Shown piece after piece: positions 54,368-64,000 of a stretch of 64,000 nucleotides of DNA; positions within the stretch are counted from its first letter, which is position 1, and each line of letters opens with the position of its first letter. Origin of the DNA: Octopus vulgaris (lineage: Eukaryota); contig OX597823.1 in NCBI GenBank assembly GCA_951406725.2, forward strand, positions 106,330,001 through 106,394,000, in the 5' to 3' direction. The notes below the pieces were generated by a model. It did not search any database, was not told the origin of the DNA, and was given only the letters and a program-made list of their open reading frames with translations. Both the position numbers and the translations under genes were made by a program.

Positions 54368-55514
54368 TTATATATGTACTTATATATATTTGTATATGTA
54401 TGCCTGTGTGTGTGTGAGTGTGTGTTTGTATGAGTGTGCATATGTATGCGTTTATGTTTCCGTCTATGTGTATGCTTCTACCTTAAAGTTAAAATCTATC
54501 TTTATATAAACCATCACCAATTTCTTCCTTGCTCATTAAGGTAGCTAGTAGCTAGCTCCTGTTTTTAGATTTTAAAAGCATACCCTTCGAAATTTGACGT
54601 AATGTAACAGGCACGTGTCTAAAAGAGGCCATATTTCCTGTTAATGTGGTCATCATCCTCAAGTTTTTGGGGAAACCCCCTGAACAGAGCGATTTTCTTC
54701 AGAGCCGGTTTTTTTCTTTCTTTTTTTTTCTTTTTTGCCTTACGCTTCTCCATTAATGTTGTGGTCTCACTGAAGGAGAACAGGAAGTGAAAACTTCTCG
54801 AAGAATTCACAACCGACCTGTAAGATGCTGTTCAATTTAGAGTATGAAAGAGATATTTTTACGCTTGCTGTCTTCGAGGACAAAATACCGGCGGTATATT
54901 ATTCAACACTCAAAGGTAGTCTGCACCGACTTTAATCCACTTCAGCTCACTTTTCCTTTGAGATAGAGCTTTTCCCACTATCATTGATACAATGAAAGCA
55001 TCAAGTTTAAATCAGGATCTTTCAGATTTTGGTATCAATCAAGTGTATCTCCTCCACAGATCAGTCAAGTATTTCGAATGTATTGAAAATGCACTCTGTG
55101 GTATTGTTTTCTAAGCAGATAGCTCCAAGTGCCATATTGTTTTAAGGTCTACTATAACCAAGCAATAGTATCTCAGACAGTTATAGTTCAGTTAAACAGA
55201 GTCAAGTTAATTGGAGAACGAGGAACCAGTAGGGGTAGTTCAATACATTTTGCCATTGGTGGTTTGCATGTTACCGTTGATATTGCGTAGCATTTATCAT
55301 TTTAATGATAGATAGGGTAGATTCACCAGCTGGTAAAGAGATATCACTCTATAAACTTGAGTGTATCATTAGTTTATAGTGTTATGGAAGAAAAAGAGGC
55401 TCTACACAACTGATTTTCTGGTTAGAAACAACAACCAAATCCTAGGCAAATATAGGCACAGACATGGCTAGGTGGTTAAGAAGTTCGCTTTACAATTGCG
55501 CCTTAATTTATTTT

Positions 55515-58500
55515 CTTTCAGTTTATGGCTGAAAGTTGGTCTATGGTTGAGATTGTAGCAGTTGATCTTCCCTGAGTGTATCCTTGAATGGTTGGCTGGT
55601 TTCGTATCGTCGTTAGGTGCTTATCCAATGATTTTTTTTTATCTTCCAGTTGAGATCTCTTTTATATTTCAGCTTCCTTTAGCTAGGCAGTTAAATAATG
55701 GGGGATCCTTAAATATCAGACTGGTACAATAGTGTTTTCGCTCGTATTTTCATAGGTGTTTATTTGAAAGCCAACTGTGACTTCCAGTTTGTGCACGAAA
55801 ATTCTCTCTAATGCAGAAGCTTGGAATATACCCATCTAGGATTTTCCATACGTATATGATAAAGAAAATAGAAACGCAGAGCTTTCAAACGTTTCCAATA
55901 ATTAAAGATTTTAGCCGAATTTATTGTACTGGAGAACGTTCTTTGTAAGCCTTCAGTCTCTTCTATGAGACCGGATGAGTTCAGAGACCAAAGCTGTGAG
56001 CAGTAAGCTTGTCTGCTCAGAACTAAGGTTTTCCATAGATTCTGTATAACAACCGGTTCTCTTGTCACGAAGGTTCGTTGGATCCATCTTACCATCTTAT
56101 CAGATGTCTGAATTTAGAGTTCAGTTTGGTAATGTGGCTGAGGAAAGATGCATCATTTGACGGGATTACTCCTTAGTCTCGTATTGCTCTGAATCATTAT
56201 GATATCTGCAGTCAAATAATTTGATTGGTGTGTATTCCCTCCGTAAAGCAGAACCTGAAATTTTAATGAATTAAATTTCATATTGCTTTTATCTACCCAT
56301 TGATAAATGAAGTTTAGCTCATTTTAGAGTTTGGATAGCTATCGATATTTTTGTATCATCGGCGTAGCTCGTCAGGTTGGCCGAGTTCACTTGTGAGCTT
56401 GTACTTGGCAGGATGATGATAAATTATAATGGTCCTAGAACCATGTCCTGAGGTACATCACTTTTTACAAGTGACTTTGCAGAGAGAGAACCATTTGCAG
56501 CAGCAAATTGATTCCTAACCCATAAGAAGTCAAAGAGCCATTCTCCGAGTTTTCTTGTGATACCAAGATCTCTTAGCCTATGACTGATGATTCCATGATC
56601 AATCTTGTGTAGCGCTTAAGCAAATTCAAGGTATATACAGTCAGTGTTCATTCCTCTCAAGAGATTATGGAGAAAAGTGTTATGGTGCTGTAATAGTTGT
56701 GACAGGCAATGTCGTCCAATCCGAAAATCATGTTGTATAGTATCTAAGAGGTTGTTTCCCTCAAAGTACTTCATTATTCTTTTTGGACAACGCGTTCGAC
56801 AATTTTAGATGTGCGAGATGTGAGAGAACCTGCCCTGCTATCTCTTTTGTGTATAGGTGTTACTACTGCGTCTTTCAGCATTTCTGGGAATATGCCGGTA
56901 TCTAGCGGCTTTTGAAATAGCATCTTTAATTGCTTGGCGAGGCTGTTTTTGCACGTTTTGAGCAATATAGTTGGGAGACCATCTGGTCCAGATGCTGAGT
57001 TTGAATTTAGGTCATTAATAGCTGCAAGTATACCATCTGTAATTTCATTAATCTATCGTCGAGACTCTGCAACTGAAACCTGGAGATCAAAGAATTTGTT
57101 TGGATTATTTAGCATTTTGTTGGATTTGGGCTGAGAAGATGACTCATTAGTATATGATCCATTTTGGTCTATTAGAGGGCCAGTCTGGTTATGTGTAGAT
57201 GATATTTGCTTAGCAAAGTGGGAAAACGAACTGCTCGGTGTTCCTTCAACGAAGTTTCTTTTCCATAAGATATTTTTAGGTTCAAATCAATGTTTTTCTA
57301 TTCTCTTTTTTTTTTTTAGCAATTTCATTTGTTCAGAGATCTTTGTTCTTTTTTTCTTTAGATGCTTTGTTAGTTTTGTTTTGTTACGCATTAGTATCCG
57401 GCAATCACGTGGAATCAGTTTCTTGCAGGAATGGGCAAGTTTATATGGGATATGCTTTCGATAGATTTTGATTAACTCTTCGTACAGAAACTTCGTTCCC
57501 TCGATAACACTGAGTTTGTCAATATACTGAGACCAGTGTGTTTTGAGGATTTTAATTTCAATTTCCTTCCACCTGGCTTTCCTGAAATTTAAGTTCATGA
57601 GGAGAGAGTTACGTTTGATGCTCTTTATGTGTGTTGCCCTCTTTGAACCATATATTGATAATTGTATAATGCTGTGATCAGAAATAGCTATTGGAATGAC
57701 CTGACCATTGTGAATGAAGTTTTCAATTGTGGTAAAAACTAAGTCGCGTAATATATTTCCCTTAGTTTGAGAGGTAATATCTTTTTGCGTGAAGACGTCT
57801 TTATCGGTATCGAGGAGAACGTTCTGTTGGTTAGTTTCAGATTGGACACAGCCCACAAACCAGTTGAGATTAGGGAAATAAAATTTGCCTGTTAAACGCA
57901 TATTGGCCTGTGAGTTGACTTACCTCACTTGGGGTTTGATTTATAAACGACATAACATCCTTCAAGTCATCTCTGTGGTTTGTCGCATCAGGAGTACGGT
58001 AGGGAATACCTATAATCAAACTGAGGCCGACCACATTCATTACTAGTACATCGCACACTGTGGTGGAATAAGAAAGAAGGACGTTTGTTACTAGATCTCC
58101 ACTTATGTTGAGCGCTACTTGTTTCCGTATCCTGCGGACAGTTCTGTGTAGAACATAATCTGGCTTATGTACTTCCGCATTTAATATATCTAGGGTCTGG
58201 TGGGTTTCACTTAGTGCTACACATATTGGCTTTTCTCTGTGTCCAAGGTCTCTAAGATATGATCCTTATCTTCGAACTGTGAAGTGTGAAAGACATTATG
58301 CAGTCAACTGTATTATTGAGTTGGGTTTGTAGGTTAATGACAGCAATGGTGTGTATTTGTGCACTGAGGTGTAAGAGCTAAAAGGTTCTTTGCTTTTCTT
58401 TTGCCAGATTCATCATGGCCAGGGACGTGAATTTTCTTTATTTTGGAAGGGGTTGGTACCTGGATTTGTCATGACTGCACTGCTGGATATAGTTATGGCT

Positions 58501-59800
58501 ATCTGGTTTGGGGCTGTTGATTTTACTGTTGGACTCGGTGGATGTCTGAGTGACTTCTGAGTTTGAGAAAAAGTCTGGACCAACACTGCCACTATAGGGG
58601 ATGCTTTTCCTGGGTGGGATTTGATGGTGGCTTCGAGTCATAACTTTAATCGTGCGTCGAGTCCCTGGAAGATTAGTGAAGATTAATCATATTTCAGAGA
58701 TAATCTCTCGCACTAGGAATAGCGGCAGATTTTAGGATTCTGGGTTACACGCGAAGAAGTTTGATTTAGTATTTGGTGGTGGTGGTGGTGGTGGTGGTGT
58801 GAGACATGCTTTGGCACTGACTAGTTTTGCTTGTACGAATTATGCGTTTTGGCCCAGATAAACGGGTGCAGTTGCAGTCACTGCGTGTGCCTTGCCTTTC
58901 ACGTTGAGAATAGTGACATATTTTGGGGTTTCATGTATTCGTAGATTTTACTTTTTTACAGTTGGCAGATTTATCATGGGGCTGTGAGGAATACATTCAG
59001 ATTGAGGTGAACAGTGGGAGTGATTCTTCACTAATTGGAAGAGTATCTGTGTTAATAGGATGACAATAGTGATGATGGAGCTCATGTGTTATTCTGGGAA
59101 AGGGTGGAATTTGAGACCCTGTGTAGTTCAATAGGTCACCAATTGCATTAGTATTAAGGTGTGACTTGGCTGTTGATTTTATTGTTGTTATTGTTTGGTA
59201 GTGATAATGGTAGTAGCTGTAGAACATGATGACAGTGGTGGTGATGATTGGTTAGTTGTGATATTCTGAGGAAATGAGGAATGTGGATAGTCGGACTTGT
59301 GAGAGCATGGTGATTGTGGGGTTTAATACGTCATCATTTGTGTTAGGTTTGAGGATTGACAGCGGCTACTGATCATGTTCATGTTGTTTTTGCCGTCGTC
59401 ATCGTTTTTTTTCTTATTGTTGTTGTTGTTGTTGTACTGTAGTGGGAGAAAATGCATGTTGAAATTTCTCAAAATGCCTGTAAATTAATTGAAACGAGAT
59501 TTCAATATGTTTATAGTATATTCTGTATTTGTTTCTCCAGTTGGTTATTGTCCAGCTGGAATGTCCTGTTTGGGAATATAATTCAGACATGTAGCATCTA
59601 TGTTTCCAGTTAGGGAAAGACAATTCCATAGATTTACGAGAATGTTGATTTCACTCTGAGACCACTTTTGTTTAATACAGACATGTTGTGTATTCGTGAG
59701 TCCGTGTGAGACCATAATGTTGATATATTGATGAGGTGGCAAAAATGGTCGAATGTACCTGGGTGAATGTGTTCGAACCTATGAATCTGTGAGATCAATA
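55515..59800 (-). mobile_element. decayed near-full-length CR1-clade LINE (ORF1 plus APE-RT ORF2)
   Basis: APE motifs ICVALSETH, IPYRTPDA, GNILRDLVFT and ISDHSII (about 58300-57650). RT motifs SGPDG, FPEMLKDAVVTPIHK, QHDFR, VPQDMVLGPL and SYADDTKI, then YCSQLWS and PLFNCL..LDKHL..NQP. Many stops and frameshifts; the 5' limit is uncertain. Confidence 0.9.
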
Positions 59801-60319
59801 TATTTATTAAAAAATCAATCGAAATTTACAGTGAACTCACCAGTCTGCGACGGTAATAAGAAGAGGATTCACAATAAAATTGCATCTGTCGTAGGGTGAA
59901 AGTATTTGCAGGCACTGATAATTTATATTTCTTTTTCCTCATGGCATATAAACATATATAAAATTCCACAGCCACAATGATCTCCTGACTATGACAAAAC
60001 CGCCGATTTCAAAGGTTTTTCAGGTGAATAACTGGGCTGATTTGAAATCTATTTCTTCGCCTAATGACTGGTCAGAACGATGAAAAACAAGTCTACCTGT
60101 GCCAATCCTGCGTATATTGTGTCCATTAAAAGAGTGAATGCTCTTTTTGGAGCCTCTTCGGATTTGGTTCCACCGGTCCTGATCTCGGATGAAACAGCGA
60201 ATACCTGGAATCAACTTGTATCCTCGCCACATGTTTGTATCCAGAACCACAGAGACCGGATATACGCAGTGAGTCAGTAAATTACCAGATAACCATGAAA
60301 GGACATATTTGCTACGTAG

Positions 60320-60370
<51 letters not shown>

Positions 60371-60854
60371 TATACACACATACACACGCACACACATTAG
60401 TCACTATGCGCACATACACACTAATACAGGATTGTCTAGACACACAAACATACTAACAGAGCGTAGTCAACACACGTGCTCACACGCATACTGACGTACT
60501 AACACGCATACCCAGATCAGGCTACAAAGAGACTCACACACAAACGCACACACAATGGACAATGCACACGCAAGCGCGCACACACAAATATTATAGAAGA
60601 TATTCTCTATACGTGCACACGCATACACACTTATATTGGTCAGTGTACACACACAAAACTACGCTGGACAGGCCAAGCAGCATATGCGCAATAGCCAGTC
60701 TATACACACACATAAACACATACAGACATATACACAAGCACTTACACAGAATAGTCTGACATACACACATACAGATAGCCCCCCACACACACACATATTT
60801 AGACCGATCAGTGCGCAGACTCATTTACATAGAGTGGTCAGATTGCATAGACAT

Positions 60855-60886
<32 letters not shown>

Positions 60887-61117
60887 TCACATATACACAG
60901 TTCAATGTAAAATCCCACACTCAAGAAAATCTACAAACACACATGTAAACGTATCAGTTTACATGAGTATACACACACACACTAATGAATCTGCACACAA
61001 AGAGAAGACAGTTTATACACTCACTTTTACACAGAAAAGGCTACTCACATACATTTAGACCGGATCCTCTACGCGCTCTTACACTGGTCTACGCAGACAT
61101 ATTTAGTCACTCTACAA

Positions 61118-61198
<81 letters not shown>

Positions 61199-62159
61199 CA
61201 CGCATACAAAGCTTACAGTGAACAGTCAATACACACGCACTTACATTGGTCAGCCAATATGCATGCAATTACACTTGTCAGTCCACACTCACACACACAC
61301 GTAGACTGGACAGTCAAGACATATACACGCATTCACACACACACATATTAACACACATATATGCACATAGACACTGAACAGCATCCCATTAAATGCTGTG
61401 CGCCTGATATACAAGTCTTTATCCAACCAGCCTCCACACCTAAACCTGGTCATCCTCATTCCTATTTAAGTTCATAATAAAACGATTTCTTCTTCTCTCA
61501 CGTTTCTAAACCCTCTCCTACTCCTCTCTGAATTTCAATAGACAGACTCCACGCTCTCCTACTCTCTCATACTTCCTCTATATCAGTCTCATTTTTATAT
61601 TTAACTTCCTTCTGTATCTCTTGTATTATAATACGTTTCCTAGTATGCTTTCTTTTATAATTCATACTCTAAATACTGTAACTGGTCCCAATTCCCTAGA
61701 GCCACGTCTCTAAAGAACACCTACTTTTCTCTCTCATACAGAATAAAATCTTCAACTTCAGAAAACTCGTATGAATTGCATAGAATACAAGTCTTCATCA
61801 TAGCCTGGGAAAAATCAAGACGTTTCTTAGGCTAAGAGAAAATACAGTAATTTGGATACTCATATTTTCCGTACACACAAGAATCGACTCAAACACACAC
61901 ACAAACGCACACGATTACATGCACATACAGGCACAAACACACGCACGCACACATAAACAAACAACTCAAATGTTTGGTTATATTGTGTAACATTGCATAT
62001 GGTGGATTTTAGTGTGCCAACGCACGAAACTCTCTGGCTTTGAGTCACTGTTACTGCAGCTAAATATTATTATTAGCACACACAATCATATACATATATG
62101 TATCTGAATATACATGCATACACACGCGCGCGTGCGCGCACACACACACACACACACAT

Positions 62160-62352
62160 ATATGGAACAAAAACGCAATAGAGGACATTAAAACGTTCGG
62201 ACAGAAACACGACACAAAGGCGGACAAGAGAAGCAGCAATTAGGACAGGCTAAAAAGACGGGTCATTCTTGGCTTTCTTTCTTCAGTCAAGTACCAGAAG
62301 TCACGACCATTTCGGACAGTTACACTTGAGATGGTTCGATCTGGTTGTCCCC
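62160..62352 (-). repeat. diverged copy of the 8136-type repeat
   Basis: GACGGGTCATTC..TCTTCAGTCAAG.ACC..ATTTCGG..CTTGAGAT. Confidence 0.6.
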
Positions 62353-62437
62353 ATATATATATATAACAAATTTACTTAGACCCTGTAGGAAATAAATAAA
62401 TGTATATAACCCATTATTTCTGTATATAATATATATA

Positions 62438-63482
<1,045 letters not shown>

Positions 63483-64000
63483 TATATATATATATACATA
63501 ACGACATATATAGTATTTACATATATGTGTATAAATATATATGCATGTATGCACCTATCTATCTACCTAGCTATACATATGGATATACATATGGACACAC
63601 ACACATACGCACACATACACACGCACACATACACACATACACACAGCTTAGTCACTTAACTTCTAAGCATATAAATACCTACGAATCTGCACACAGAGCA
63701 AGCAAATATAAGCGTGTGTTTTTGCCTGTGTCTCTCTCTCGGTTTCTCTTTCACTCTATCAATATGTATTTATATACATAAATTTGTGTATATTACATAT
63801 TTCCCCACTTACAAAAAGAAATATGTCTAAGTAGTTTACACCGACTGTATCCTTGCATATAATGAGCCAATGCTTTGATGTCGCTGCTTAACGCAAAGAG
63901 TTTATGACGTCGTAATTATCAGTGATTAGCTGTTGTAGGATTCAACCTTTGCCATATATTATGATGAATTGTGCTGCGCACTAGCAATGACAACTGAACT

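Noticed and set aside
60390-61390. CRISPR-like repeat-spacer array
   Set aside because: Eukaryotic context, short degenerate repeats, low-complexity spacers and no cas genes.

Overview
Repeat-dominated, AT-rich eukaryotic DNA with dense microsatellites. The SINE repertoire points to a coleoid cephalopod, most likely Octopus (inference). I found no intact host gene; almost all long ORFs in the track are microsatellite translations. Recognisable content: several tRNA-derived SINE families, five Dong/R4-like non-LTR fragments (most next to (TAA)n), a decayed near-complete CR1-clade LINE, an RTE-like RT fragment, a DD37D (maT) and a Tc1-like transposon relic, a non-autonomous Helitron and a Helitron ORF fragment. 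The main signal is a set of short, non-coding, (TA)n-embedded elements from unrelated families that each carry a type I hammerhead ribozyme (HHR) with a self-complementary stem III. Four of them share one architecture, with an inverted copy of downstream sequence at their 5' end. In two, the inversion is a near-perfect 151-bp or 313-bp palindrome that places a ribozyme on each strand. These look like non-autonomous Penelope-like (PLE) pseudo-LTR derivatives. All calls were made by eye, and coordinates of decayed elements are approximate.
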